In this document: piece after piece, positions 46,094 to 55,496 of the stretch
Numbering within the stretch: the first letter of the stretch is position 1
Layout of the letters: the number at the start of each line of letters is the position of its first letter
Source of the DNA: a virus
Taxonomy: Duplodnaviria > Caudoviricetes
Length of the DNA: 55,603 nt
Direction: 5' to 3' (one strand)
IMG/VR virus record: IMGVR_UViG_3300041991_000048
Span: 1-55,603 of that record
Position numbers and translations under genes: made by a program
Notes under the pieces: model-generated
Seen by the model: only the letters and a program-made list of their open reading frames with translations
The model's database searches: none
What the model was told of the DNA's origin: nothing

Positions 46094-46291
46094 TCACTTT
46101 TCCTTTCTTGTGAGGGTGTTGTCTTTGATGATCCACACAGTCTTGCACTTTTCGCACACAATGCTGCCGCCCTCTTTGGCAAGAGGATCAGGCTTTGACT
46201 CTCGCATCACCACCGACAGATGGCAGCACATTGGCGCTTTGGCTTCCATGGTGATCCAACCAAGATCGCCCTTCTTCGTTCCGAGACTCAT
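46094..46291 (-). CDS. Small putative Zn-ribbon protein
   Basis: CC and C..C pairs; AGGAG RBS. Confidence 0.5.
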   Translation of the reverse strand: MSLGTKKGDLGWITMEAKAPMCCHLSVVMRESKPDPLAKEGGSIVCEKCKTVWIIKDNTLTRKEK

Positions 46292-46308
46292 TCTTTCTCC
46301 TTGTTGCG

Positions 46309-46539
46309 TTATGATCGATAGTCGCGATGAGTGAACCAGTCGAGAGCAGCACAGATGAGAGGATTAGTCCACCACTCATCAATCATCCTGCGCAGATTCT
46401 TGTCACGAAAGAAAGTTGGACCTCCATAGGTGTGCCATTCCATGAACACACACGTGCCATCAGACAGACGCAGGCGACGAATTGGCGACCAGCAAATCCA
46501 ACCTGTATTGCGACCTGATTTGAATGGCGTGCAAGTCAT
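46309..46539 (-). CDS. Hypothetical Trp-rich protein
   Basis: GAGG RBS; ORF track. Confidence 0.55.
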   Translation of the reverse strand: MTCTPFKSGRNTGWICWSPIRRLRLSDGTCVFMEWHTYGGPTFFRDKNLRRMIDEWWTNPLICAALDWFTHRDYRS

Positions 46540-46548
46540 GGCAGCACC

Positions 46549-46869
46549 TCACAGAATTGATTCCCAGATGCCTCGCGTGAAGACGTCTGGTTGGTTTTCT
46601 TCAAGCCACTTCACCATGCCACGAAGCCTCATTTCGAGAGCAACATGTTCCGGCGTGAGTTGGGCAATGGGAGGCTTCAGTCCATCCACTGACTCTCCAG
46701 TGACCAGCGCTTGATTGATGTGATGTCCAACGCGAGAAATGAACCAAGCAGAGTCACACTCAGGCAACTCCAAGTCTCGGTATCGTTCAAGCTGAAGCTG
46801 AAGAGACTCGAAGTGCTCTCGGAGCCAGAGTGTGCTGAGCTGCACATTGGCATCATACTCTGCATTCAT
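46549..46869 (-). CDS. Hypothetical protein
   Basis: ORF track; overlapping start/stop with upstream gene. Confidence 0.6.
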   Translation of the reverse strand: MNAEYDANVQLSTLWLREHFESLQLQLERYRDLELPECDSAWFISRVGHHINQALVTGESVDGLKPPIAQLTPEHVALEMRLRGMVKWLEENQPDVFTRGIWESIL

Positions 46870-47594
46870 GCCAGCTCCCTATTGCACAGACGTGCGATCT
46901 CTGGATCCTCTCCTCGCAAAGCATAAATCTCTGCGATGGTGTCGCGCATGCGACTGACTTCCTGCTGGTTGTCTCGATGCTGGTTCTCGAAGAACAAAAT
47001 TCCCTCAGCAAGAGGCTTGGCTTCAAGTGCTTTCTTGGATAGCTCAGCATTGAGCGCAAGCAGCTGCTCGATAGTTTCACTCTTCTCAACCTCAGCTACC
47101 ATGATCGGATTGTTTGCTGCTTTAATGAATTTGATCAGCTCGCAGGCACTGCACATATCTGAAACACTGATGCTGGCTGAGTGGACGACAGAGAATGACA
47201 CACGAGTTATTGGCGGTTTTCCTTCGCTTGCTCCTTTGACCTCTGCTTTGACATCTTCGATCTGCGCATTCTGGAAGAGTCGCAGGATGCGCTTCATGTG
47301 AGACTCGAGCTCGTAGATCTTGGTCCATGTCTTGTGCATCTCATCAGACTCACGCTGCATGCGAGCAACCAGCTCCGCATGAGTGAAGTCCTTGAAGCCT
47401 GTGAGCAGCTTCACGCGAAGAGCAGACAACACTTCATCATTCGGCCAAGAGTCCTGGTTGGTTGAACCATAGACCATCAGATTGATGAAGCTGTCCATGA
47501 ACTCTTCGTCACACAGAAGGCGATCGCCAATCTCACGTCTGTTGGCATCATCCTTGAGCACTTCGTTTAGGTCGAGATTAACTTGAACGTTCAC
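46866..47594 (-). CDS. Hypothetical coiled-coil protein
   Basis: GTG start with GAGG RBS; ORF track. Confidence 0.6.
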   Translation of the reverse strand: MNVQVNLDLNEVLKDDANRREIGDRLLCDEEFMDSFINLMVYGSTNQDSWPNDEVLSALRVKLLTGFKDFTHAELVARMQRESDEMHKTWTKIYELESHMKRILRLFQNAQIEDVKAEVKGASEGKPPITRVSFSVVHSASISVSDMCSACELIKFIKAANNPIMVAEVEKSETIEQLLALNAELSKKALEAKPLAEGILFFENQHRDNQQEVSRMRDTIAEIYALRGEDPEIARLCNRELA

Positions 47595-47740
47595 AGATAC
47601 CTCTTTTCATGGGTGCCGCAAACCTTGCATTTGCGAATGGTGTGAAGCTCAGAATCAAAGATGTGCTGGGCTGGCGTGGACCATTCTCCCCACTTGTGGA
47701 AGAAATGCAGCTTCATGCATCTGCGCAAGAATTTGAACAT
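47591..47740 (-). CDS. 49-aa putative metal-binding protein (not in ORF track)
   Basis: AAGGAG RBS; MFKFLRRC...HKW..W...R.C..CG. Confidence 0.55.
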   Translation of the reverse strand: MFKFLRRCMKLHFFHKWGEWSTPAQHIFDSELHTIRKCKVCGTHEKRYL

Positions 47741-48075
47741 TGCGACTCCTTTGTGGAAGAGAACAGGACTGCCTGCCCACGACGCGTGTTCTCTTGTGGC
47801 GTCACAGGTTCAAGGTGGTGAGGATTGACACAGAGGCGACAACGACACTTGTGATCCAGATGGAATCCCTTTGGCACAGGACCCACCAGGATCTCATATA
47901 CGACAATGTGTGCTGAGCGCCACTTCTTGTCTCGCCACACCTTGCCATAGTTCTTTCCCTCATCCTTGCCTGTGTGCGCACCAGTCCACACCCAGCAGCC
48001 TCGACTATTGATGCTTATTCGAGACAGGATGAATGCAGACAGGCTTGTTAGTGGGAGCGCTTCAATCATCTTCAT
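47713..48075 (-). CDS. HNH endonuclease
   Basis: CW.WTG, YG, AH...YE...G..P.G..LDH.C....CVNP.HLEPVT..EN..R. Confidence 0.88.
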   Translation of the reverse strand: MKMIEALPLTSLSAFILSRISINSRGCWVWTGAHTGKDEGKNYGKVWRDKKWRSAHIVVYEILVGPVPKGFHLDHKCRCRLCVNPHHLEPVTPQENTRRGQAVLFSSTKESQCSNSCADA

Positions 48076-48103
48076 TCCTTTGCTTGTGGTCTGATGCTTC
48101 AGA

Positions 48104-48400
48104 TCAGGATAGGTTGGCTATCGTTTGATAGTAGGCAGCGATTGCCTTCTTCGCACGATCCCGAATGAAGGCTGCTTCAACCAAGCCTGCGCGGCCTTCT
48201 TCACCACCCATGGCTGCTGTTGCAGAGCTGATGAGATCATTCAGGCCAAGCAGCAGTGTCTGGCAAGCTGTGGTGTGGATGATGTTGGCACGGGTGGCAA
48301 TCTCAAGATCCTTTCTCATCTTTATGATGATCTCTGCGTTCATTTCCTCGATAGTCTTGTGGTTGTCCAAGCTCTTCTGCATGTCGTCTTGATGATCCAT
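48104..48400 (-). CDS. Hypothetical protein
   Basis: GAGG RBS before MDHQDD. Confidence 0.55.
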   Translation of the reverse strand: MDHQDDMQKSLDNHKTIEEMNAEIIIKMRKDLEIATRANIIHTTACQTLLLGLNDLISSATAAMGGEEGRAGLVEAAFIRDRAKKAIAAYYQTIANLS

Positions 48401-48517
48401 CGTCGCCTCTTGGGGTTGGGTTGACTGCAAAATAAACGATTGCGAAACCAAGGAGGGCCATGATGATACCACCAAGCAGAGTGGTGTTCTCATACTTGGT
48501 CTTACTCATCATGGCCA

Positions 48518-48970
48518 TCACATGTCTCCAGTCAATTGGGTCGGCATGGCACGAGCTTTTGCTTCTCGTTTCTGTCTTTCCTTTTGTGCAGCACTCATTT
48601 TCTTTTTCGTTTCCTCTGAGTGCTTGTGCCCAAGACTATTCTTGTTTCCTAGCAAGGATTTTCTCATTCCCATTTTCATTTCCTCTGAATGCTTGTGTCC
48701 GAGATATCCTCTTGTCGGCTTCAGCCTTCCTTTCGAAACAGCATCCAATAAATTTTCAGACGCAGTTCCTGGGAAATGATGATCATCACGAATGCACCTA
48801 GGATTATCACATTTGTGACAAACAAAAATATCACGAGGAAGTTTGCCATGACGAAGTTGATATACGCGACGAGACGTTCCCCATCCATTCTTGCAATGAG
48901 TTATCAAGCACTCACCAACCTTTGTTGCACGAGATTCATAGTCTTCCAAATAAAGTTTTGCAGGCATCAC
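48518..48970 (-). CDS. HNH homing endonuclease with two NUMOD3 motifs
   Basis: VCHKCDNP.C....H...GT..EN..D; GHKHSEE twice. Confidence 0.85.
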   Translation of the reverse strand: MMPAKLYLEDYESRATKVGECLITHCKNGWGTSRRVYQLRHGKLPRDIFVCHKCDNPRCIRDDHHFPGTASENLLDAVSKGRLKPTRGYLGHKHSEEMKMGMRKSLLGNKNSLGHKHSEETKKKMSAAQKERQKREAKARAMPTQLTGDM

Positions 48971-50517
48971 AACTCCTCAACCAACTGTGTCGGGAGAGAC
49001 AGTTCAGATCCATCGAATCTTTCCGGCTCAGGCAGTGACCAGACCCGGATTAGTTTCCCTTTGACGCGCAGCTGGGTGGCTGTTGCGCCCATGCTCTTCA
49101 ACCATATCCATATGTCGTGAGGCTTGTGGTTGAAGCGTCGCACACTGAGATAGTTGAAGAGGTCTTCACTGCGGAAGTGGATGCGGCCACCAGTGGTGTA
49201 GCTGTTGCCCTTGATGAGCTCGTCCTTGTTCCTAGCAGGCCTGCTTGCGCTGAAGAAATTGTCAAGCAGATTCTCGAACTGTCCTTGTGTGCTGGCATCA
49301 TCAGGCTCGATGACTTCATTGCACGTCTGCATGAGTTCAGCCAGCCTCTCGTGCCACTCGAAGCGCTTGCCAGGAATGATCACGCGCATGAACTTTTCAA
49401 TGAAGATTTTTTGAAGCTCAGCAGGGCTCATCAGCTGTTCTGTGGTGAGCTCAACGCGACAGCCCTGGTGCTCAGCATACCACCGCACAGAGTCCTTGCT
49501 GATGCAGCGCGTGAGGTTATCAAGGTCAAACGTCTCCTTAGAATCAGACTGGCTTCCGTTGGCGACGCCAAACTCTCGCTTGACGCACTCCTTCTTGTCG
49601 CAGTGATTGCACAGTGGTGGTTGCTTGCATGTGTAGAAGTATTCTTTCTTGCTCATGTTCTTGATGATCTGCGTGACCTCCTGAGCATCAAGCGAAGGCT
49701 TGACACACTCGAAGTTGAACTTCATCACGTGATCCTGCCATGCTTCAGGGTATCGCTTCATGAAGTAGATACAGACGTTTGTCAACGTCATGTTGCGCGT
49801 GCCCTTCTCCAAGCCAAATGTGGTGATGTGCTGCAAGCAAGGAGGGCCATCAGAGAACAATTCAGTCAGGTTGATTGTGAACGCAGCCAATGCCTTCTGG
49901 CTGATGCGCATGGACTCTGCGTAGCTATTGAACTCAGCAAGAGTCCTAAGGTGCTTGCCATGTCTCACTGCGTAGCGCTCTGAGCCGCCAGTGCTGGTTG
50001 CTCCGAACATCGCAATGTTTATCCAGTTGCCAACGTCCTTGTCGTCAACACGCATTGTCTGCTTGGGGAAGACTTCACAGCCGCCATAACCAAGCAGTGA
50101 TGCAAACTCAGCCAGCTTGCGAACAAGGATCTTGGCTGAGATTGGTTGAGAGGCAAAGCAATACAGATGCGCACCGCCACTCTTGGTGCGACACACAACC
50201 AAGGGAAGCTCTAGCTCTCGCACTCGCTTCTCAAGTGCTTCAATCGACTCACGCAGAACAATCTCACCCTGTATGTCAATGTCGATTCCGCCAAACCAGC
50301 ACGTGTCGTCATCAAGCAAGGGAATGAGGCCAAGGCTTGCGCCTGTGCCTGACAGATGGTCTCTGTATGCTGCGAGAGTCGCTTCACCACTGACTGTGCG
50401 AGCACGACCTTTTATCTTTCCGCCTTCTTCAGCTTTGGCGAACAGCTCATGTTGTCCATGTGCTTTTTCGTATCCGATGAAGATGTTGCGGAATGCTCGA
50501 ATCAGATCCTCAGTCAT
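48967..50517 (-). CDS. AEP-superfamily primase with PriCT-like domain
   Basis: IDID, R.KSGGAHLY, E.FPKQ, GNWIN, PPC, G.RN motifs and Cys cluster. Confidence 0.8.
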   Translation of the reverse strand: MTEDLIRAFRNIFIGYEKAHGQHELFAKAEEGGKIKGRARTVSGEATLAAYRDHLSGTGASLGLIPLLDDDTCWFGGIDIDIQGEIVLRESIEALEKRVRELELPLVVCRTKSGGAHLYCFASQPISAKILVRKLAEFASLLGYGGCEVFPKQTMRVDDKDVGNWINIAMFGATSTGGSERYAVRHGKHLRTLAEFNSYAESMRISQKALAAFTINLTELFSDGPPCLQHITTFGLEKGTRNMTLTNVCIYFMKRYPEAWQDHVMKFNFECVKPSLDAQEVTQIIKNMSKKEYFYTCKQPPLCNHCDKKECVKREFGVANGSQSDSKETFDLDNLTRCISKDSVRWYAEHQGCRVELTTEQLMSPAELQKIFIEKFMRVIIPGKRFEWHERLAELMQTCNEVIEPDDASTQGQFENLLDNFFSASRPARNKDELIKGNSYTTGGRIHFRSEDLFNYLSVRRFNHKPHDIWIWLKSMGATATQLRVKGKLIRVWSLPEPERFDGSELSLPTQLVEEL

Positions 50518-50526
50518 ATCTCACCA

Positions 50527-50563
50527 AGAAGAAAAATGGGTGGGCCCACGATTGAGCCAACCC
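50527..50563 (-). terminator. Intrinsic terminator after the SSB-like gene
   Basis: GGGTTGGCTCA-ATCG-TGGGCCCACCC followed by ATTTTTCTT. Confidence 0.7.
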
Positions 50564-50577
50564 TTGGTGGACTGAGA

Positions 50578-51435
50578 CTAGATGCTGTCACCATCAATGA
50601 TGCTGTCGTCAGAAGTGGTCACATCATCATTGGCGACGCGCACTTCACCGTCAACCACATTCTTGCGGAAGGCACGCGATCCAAGGTAAAGATCGCTGCC
50701 ACCTTCCAGTTCGATGGTGGGCTTGTAAGCCTGAACCTTCCAGACATACCAGGAGCCCTGATCATTGGTCTGGGGGATGGTGGTGAGCTTGTAGGACTGG
50801 TAGTAGATGGCAGGATTGAAAGCGCCCTTGCCATCAGGACGCGGCACCATGAGATTGCTCATCATGCTGTTCCACTGCTTGGCAGTCTTGAACATGGTGC
50901 GCGTCATGCTGATGACGGCCTGCTTGGGCAGTCCGGTTCCAGGCTCGATGAAGATGACGTAGTATTCTGCCGTCTCGGAAATGGTATTGCCATTCGGCAA
51001 CTCCATCTGCTTCTTCTCGTTGAGTGTGCACTGACGCAGGATGCTGTCATCCGTTCCGTGGTCAGCAACGAACTTGCGATTGTCCCACTCGATGTAGGCA
51101 CGACGATAGGTGACAGGGATCACGATGATGCCCTGCTCGCCATCGAACCTCTTACCCTCGATGTTGTCGAAGATTTCGCCGACTTCCGCCTCCTTGACAT
51201 AAGCCGGATCGCCTTTGGTGCAAACAGGCGACAGTGCCTGAAGCACTCCGAGGCGAGGGATGGCCAGGTCCTTGGCCGTCATGGTCTCGCGACCAACACC
51301 CTCATCCTCCATGATCATGGCCATGTCCACGACAAGGCCAGTTGAGACGGCAGCCTCATTGCGCTTGTCGACGCCCATCGGCTGCTCAGGAGCAGGAGTG
51401 GCCTTCTTGTCTTCTTTCTTTCCCATGATGCCCAT
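50578..51435 (-). CDS. Putative single-stranded DNA-binding protein
   Basis: DL.IPRL..LQ.LSP, Y.EW, W, N..GSW motifs; acidic C-terminal tail; upstream of primase. Confidence 0.7.
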   Translation of the reverse strand: MGIMGKKEDKKATPAPEQPMGVDKRNEAAVSTGLVVDMAMIMEDEGVGRETMTAKDLAIPRLGVLQALSPVCTKGDPAYVKEAEVGEIFDNIEGKRFDGEQGIIVIPVTYRRAYIEWDNRKFVADHGTDDSILRQCTLNEKKQMELPNGNTISETAEYYVIFIEPGTGLPKQAVISMTRTMFKTAKQWNSMMSNLMVPRPDGKGAFNPAIYYQSYKLTTIPQTNDQGSWYVWKVQAYKPTIELEGGSDLYLGSRAFRKNVVDGEVRVANDDVTTSDDSIIDGDSI

Positions 51436-51473
51436 TGTTGTTCCTCTTGTGGTTGATGACGCTGTGCGTCGGG

Positions 51474-51680
51474 TTAATTGAAGGATTCGACTTGAAGCTC
51501 TGCGCCAACAAGGACGAAAGCCATCTTGGCATCCTCATCATTGTTGACCATCTTCACGAATGCGTCGTGATAGATCTGAACAGAGCGCTGCTGCTTCTCT
51601 GGCATGGCTGAGATGATCGCTTGGATCTCATCAACCACTTCCTTGCTTGATTCGAGTGCCTGCTGAGTTTCTGCGTCCAT
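51474..51680 (-). CDS. Hypothetical protein
   Basis: Helical 68-aa ORF starting MDAETQQ. Confidence 0.55.
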   Translation of the reverse strand: MDAETQQALESSKEVVDEIQAIISAMPEKQQRSVQIYHDAFVKMVNNDEDAKMAFVLVGAELQVESFN

Positions 51681-51682
51681 TG

Positions 51683-51925
51683 CTAGCGCCCCATCTTCTT
51701 GTTGCTGCGACGACGAACAGAGTTGTTGTGGATGCCATTCATCTTGCCTTCGTGGCGACGCGCAGTGGTGCGGATCCAAGGCCCACGATCGCTGACGACA
51801 TACTTGGTGCCATCAGGAAAGGTCAGCTCGGTGCCCTTCTTGTATGGGTGGCGAGCTGCAGGAGCCGAGGCGACCTTGGGGTTGGTCAAGCGTCCTGTGT
51901 TGATGGAGACTCTTCGCGTGTCCAT
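51683..51925 (-). CDS. Basic hypothetical protein
   Basis: ORF track; tight packing. Confidence 0.55.
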   Translation of the reverse strand: MDTRRVSINTGRLTNPKVASAPAARHPYKKGTELTFPDGTKYVVSDRGPWIRTTARRHEGKMNGIHNNSVRRRSNKKMGR

Positions 51926-51927
51926 GG

Positions 51928-52143
51928 CTACTCGCCATCGCCAGGAGTCTCTTCGCCACCATCCTCTTCCGGCTCGCCAAGACCCTCTTCATCCAGGCTG
52001 GCGAAGTAGTCGGTGAGGATCTGCTTGACCTTCTGGGCAGCAGCACGCGGTGCGCGATTGGGACGTTCGAACACGGTGCAGTCAGGACTGTTGTCCTGCT
52101 TGATGAAGACACCGTTGCTTGCGACACTGATGATGATCATCAT
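51928..52143 (-). CDS. Hypothetical protein with acidic tail
   Basis: AAGGAGG RBS. Confidence 0.6.
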   Translation of the reverse strand: MMIIISVASNGVFIKQDNSPDCTVFERPNRAPRAAAQKVKQILTDYFASLDEEGLGEPEEDGGEETPGDGE

Positions 52144-52173
52144 TTGATGACCTCCTTTGGTTGGGTCCTGCTG

Positions 52174-52542
52174 TTAGAGGAGTCTGTTCTCGAGAGCGAG
52201 CAGACGTTGGTTGAAGTTGCGAAGGTGATTGCTGGTGAACTCTGCTAGATCTTCCACAACAACCACATCAGGCTTGAATGCGAAAGGATCCACAGGCTCA
52301 GCACTCTTCTTGATGGGCGTCTCAGGCACCATCAGGCTGCGACGCGACAGGCGCACCAGGTGACCGCTGGCAACCAGATGATCAATGGTGCTGGTCATCG
52401 TGTGCGTTCCGATTACCAGATCCTTCTTGGCAAGCGTTAGGACCAAATCAGAATGCGAGAGGCGTTTGCCAGGAGGACAAGTGGCCAGATCCGAGATGAG
52501 GATTGCGACTGCGCGTTGACGATCATCTTCGGTTCGGCTCAT
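52174..52542 (-). CDS. Hypothetical protein (possible winged helix)
   Basis: ID.LV..G.L.R pattern; coupled to upstream gene. Confidence 0.55.
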   Translation of the reverse strand: MSRTEDDRQRAVAILISDLATCPPGKRLSHSDLVLTLAKKDLVIGTHTMTSTIDHLVASGHLVRLSRRSLMVPETPIKKSAEPVDPFAFKPDVVVVEDLAEFTSNHLRNFNQRLLALENRLL

Positions 52543-53195
52543 TTCTTCACCTTCGCCTGCTTCATCTCAGCCTTCTTGCCAACGAAGAGCGCGAACGCAT
52601 CCACAGGCACCGGCTTACCATTCTTGAGTGCTTCCTTGAGGTAGCTGTTGAGGGTCATGAAGTTGATGTCCTCATCCTTCTTGACCTTGTAGCCTTCTTC
52701 CTGAATGCGCTTGAACAGGCGCATGGCGTCCGCATCCTGGCCCTTGCCAAACTCAGCAACAACCTGGTTCTTGATGATGCTCTCTGCGCCATTGGCCTTC
52801 AACCACTTGAGCGCAGCATTGCGACGCTCAATGAGCAAGCCACGATCCATTTCGTCCGCGGCTTCAATCTGGTTGAGGGTGGGGATGGTTCCTCGCGTGA
52901 CATCCTTGATCTCGACGAAGAAGCCTGACTCCAAGTCAAACTTCTTCACGCCGATGGATGCCATGATGTCAGGCAGCAGATTGAGCTGGATCTGCGAGTG
53001 GCGCTCTGCGCAACGCTTGTGCTCATCCATAAGCGCAGCCATGCGAGCTTCAAGCGACTGCATCTCATCAGCAAACTTGACTGCCTGCTTGAGATCGCCT
53101 GGTGAAGAGATTGGGGACTCAGCATCCTCAAGCATCATGCTCATGATGTCGGGTGCTGGTTTGGTGGTTGGAGGACTGCTCACTGCTTTTGCCAT
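52539..53195 (-). CDS. Conserved phage replication/recombination-module protein
   Basis: LPD.M...G, WL..NG...IIKN.V...FGKG.D, TL..Y.KE motifs; typical neighbour of this SSB family. Confidence 0.7.
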   Translation of the reverse strand: MAKAVSSPPTTKPAPDIMSMMLEDAESPISSPGDLKQAVKFADEMQSLEARMAALMDEHKRCAERHSQIQLNLLPDIMASIGVKKFDLESGFFVEIKDVTRGTIPTLNQIEAADEMDRGLLIERRNAALKWLKANGAESIIKNQVVAEFGKGQDADAMRLFKRIQEEGYKVKKDEDINFMTLNSYLKEALKNGKPVPVDAFALFVGKKAEMKQAKVKK

Positions 53196-53478
53196 GGAGG
53201 CTCCTTTGTTGGGTGCTGCGAGATTGCAGCGGTGGTTCAGAGAAGAGCAAGAAGATCATTTGCTCATTGAAGGGGAGACGGTCAGTGGGGACTCTCACTC
53301 GCACTCCCCTTCCATCAACAAACGAGGCTTGGGCAGGATGCCACACCCTTCACACTACACGAGTCTACCTTGAACCTAGGATCACGAGACGGTCCCTCGT
53401 CTGTGTCCGTTCCTTTCTTGACGAAGGACATCAAGGATGATTCCTCAATGACTCGCCAAAATGAAAGTGGAATGAAGA

Positions 53479-53730
53479 TCATTGGTCGTCCTCAGCACAA
53501 GTGGTGCGTTGCGCATCGGCAGCATCTGCTTTGCGCAAGTGATAGTAGATCCAGTTCGAGTAGGTGCATTCAGCGTGATAGCCAAACGCCCACATGTCTT
53601 CAGCGATCGACCATAGGAAGCCTGCGACCCACACAGGGCTATAGATGATGAAGACAACCCACACAATCAGATGGATGATCACATACCATAGCTCTTTGCC
53701 AAGCTCTTGGATGGTCTGCTTGATGGTCAT
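53479..53730 (-). CDS. Membrane hypothetical protein
   Basis: AAGGAG RBS; long hydrophobic stretch. Confidence 0.6.
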   Translation of the reverse strand: MTIKQTIQELGKELWYVIIHLIVWVVFIIYSPVWVAGFLWSIAEDMWAFGYHAECTYSNWIYYHLRKADAADAQRTTCAEDDQ

Positions 53731-53731
53731 G

Positions 53732-54007
53732 TCACTGCTCCTTGTTCTGTTCGGTGATGTTGCGCAGAAGCTCGTCCTGTTCCGCCAAAGCCAGTGCCTG
53801 AGCTTCTGTGATCAGCATCAGATGGATGCCATCAGGACGATCATAGCACAACACTGCTTGGTTGGGGCTCTTCTGGAAGCTCCGCACATCAGCTTCGGTT
53901 ATGACAATCTCAGCCACTTTGAGCTTGTGGATGGTCACTGCAAGAATTGCGTGCCACTGATCACGCAGCTTGCTGGCAACCGGATTGGTCTGCTCTGACT
54001 TAGCCAT
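53732..54007 (-). CDS. Hypothetical protein
   Basis: ORF track; operon packing. Confidence 0.6.
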   Translation of the reverse strand: MAKSEQTNPVASKLRDQWHAILAVTIHKLKVAEIVITEADVRSFQKSPNQAVLCYDRPDGIHLMLITEAQALALAEQDELLRNITEQNKEQ

Positions 54008-54392
54008 TGTCTTCTTTCTGGATGGCAGGACTGATCTCAGCCGGGTTGATTCTGGTGAACTCGCTGTTGAGCATCTGAAGGACGATCATCAGCTGATGAT
54101 ACAGGGCAGACTTGACTGACACAGGATGGTCGAGAGCACTGATGGGTTCAACTACCTTGGCAAGCAGATCAACCTCATTGAAGGTCAGTCGCTTTTCAAG
54201 CGAGAGATCTAATCTACCCATGACTTCCCACGACATTTCCTTTGCCAGCCTGAAAATTATGCCACCATCCTTGCCTGCTTCCTGACAAGCACGATCATAA
54301 TGCTGATGAGAGCAGATGGCGAGCATATTGATTTCATCAGCGCTGAAGCTGAGAATTGCACTTGGTTGGTTGATGAACTGCTTGAATTGCAT
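54000..54392 (-). CDS. Hypothetical protein
   Basis: GAGG RBS; ORF track. Confidence 0.6.
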   Translation of the reverse strand: MQFKQFINQPSAILSFSADEINMLAICSHQHYDRACQEAGKDGGIIFRLAKEMSWEVMGRLDLSLEKRLTFNEVDLLAKVVEPISALDHPVSVKSALYHQLMIVLQMLNSEFTRINPAEISPAIQKEDNG

Positions 54393-54396
54393 GCCT

Positions 54397-54639
54397 CTAC
54401 CTCTTCGCCTTCAGCAGCACATTCTCACTGCGTGGTAGCTCGCTGAGGTTGGACGTGGAGTTGCCCAAGTAGATCGTCAGCACCTGGTCCGCAGGCTCTG
54501 TGTCCTTGAAGGTGGACAGTGTGATGGCCTGGATGCTGAGAGGCTCCTGCGCAGTCTTGACTTCCATCTGCTCGATGATGATGTGTGCTCGCTCGTGAGC
54601 CTTGAGCAGAGCAGAGACGACTTGTGAGTTGCTGATCAT
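54397..54639 (-). CDS. Hypothetical protein
   Basis: AAGGA RBS; ATGA overlap with upstream stop. Confidence 0.6.
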   Translation of the reverse strand: MISNSQVVSALLKAHERAHIIIEQMEVKTAQEPLSIQAITLSTFKDTEPADQVLTIYLGNSTSNLSELPRSENVLLKAKR

Positions 54640-55496
54640 TCCTTTTCTCCTTCCTGGCGCTGCCAGGCCAGTGGATGCTCAACACGAGCGTCCTTGGTTG
54701 ATTGCCTGTGCTGCTCGGCATAGAATTTGTGACGACCAGATTCATCACGCAGGATCAGGTGGTTGACGTTCACACACCCACGCGTGCCGCACTTGGGGAT
54801 GACAAACAAGTGATCATCGATGCTGCCAAGCACGATATTGAAGTTGATGTAGGCTGCGTTGCGATACGCACCCTCCCACTTGAATGTTGGTGGTGGTTCA
54901 CTTGGATCACATCCGAGAATAATGTGACAGCCGGAATGCTTTCCTTCTGTGATCTTCTGGATGCGCTTGCCAAACAGCACAGCATCATCATTCAGCCTGC
55001 ACCAAGGACGCTTAACGAGAGGATCATCTTTCCTCTGACGTTGCTCCTGTGCCTTTTTGTTTGGCACTTGAACCAGACCCATCTGTCGTTCTTTGAGCTG
55101 ACGAGCATTCTGTCGCTTGGCATAGAAGCTACGCATGCCTGCGTAATCCCTTAGGATCAGGTGGTTGACGTTGATGCAGCCTTTGGTTCCGCAGCGAGGG
55201 ATCACATACAGATGTTCATCAATGTCGCCGAGCATGATGTTGAAGCTGATGTAGGCAGCGCTGCGTGGCGCACCTTCCCAGACAAAGACAGGTGGTAAAG
55301 AATCAGGGTCACTTCCAAACACGACATGGCAACCAGCGTGTGGACCTTCTGTCAGCTTCTGGACTCGTTTGCCAAACAGCACAGCATCATCATTCAGCCT
55401 TGGCCACAGATGCTTGGCAAGAGGATCATTCTGCGCACGCTTGTCGTCAGCACGCTTGCCTCGGTAGTTGAGCTTGTATGGCTTGAACTTGGCCAT
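54636..55496 (-). CDS. Tandem-duplicated degenerate HNH-fold protein
   Basis: Two ~134-aa-period repeats, each with GCH and VIP.CGT.GC.NVNHL; DNA repeat period 402 bp. Confidence 0.75.
   Translation of the reverse strand: MAKFKPYKLNYRGKRADDKRAQNDPLAKHLWPRLNDDAVLFGKRVQKLTEGPHAGCHVVFGSDPDSLPPVFVWEGAPRSAAYISFNIMLGDIDEHLYVIPRCGTKGCINVNHLILRDYAGMRSFYAKRQNARQLKERQMGLVQVPNKKAQEQRQRKDDPLVKRPWCRLNDDAVLFGKRIQKITEGKHSGCHIILGCDPSEPPPTFKWEGAYRNAAYINFNIVLGSIDDHLFVIPKCGTRGCVNVNHLILRDESGRHKFYAEQHRQSTKDARVEHPLAWQRQEGEKE

Noticed and set aside
53360-53400. tRNA-like GGTTCAA on the - strand
   Set aside because: No T-stem pairing or cloverleaf; no tRNA gene supported.
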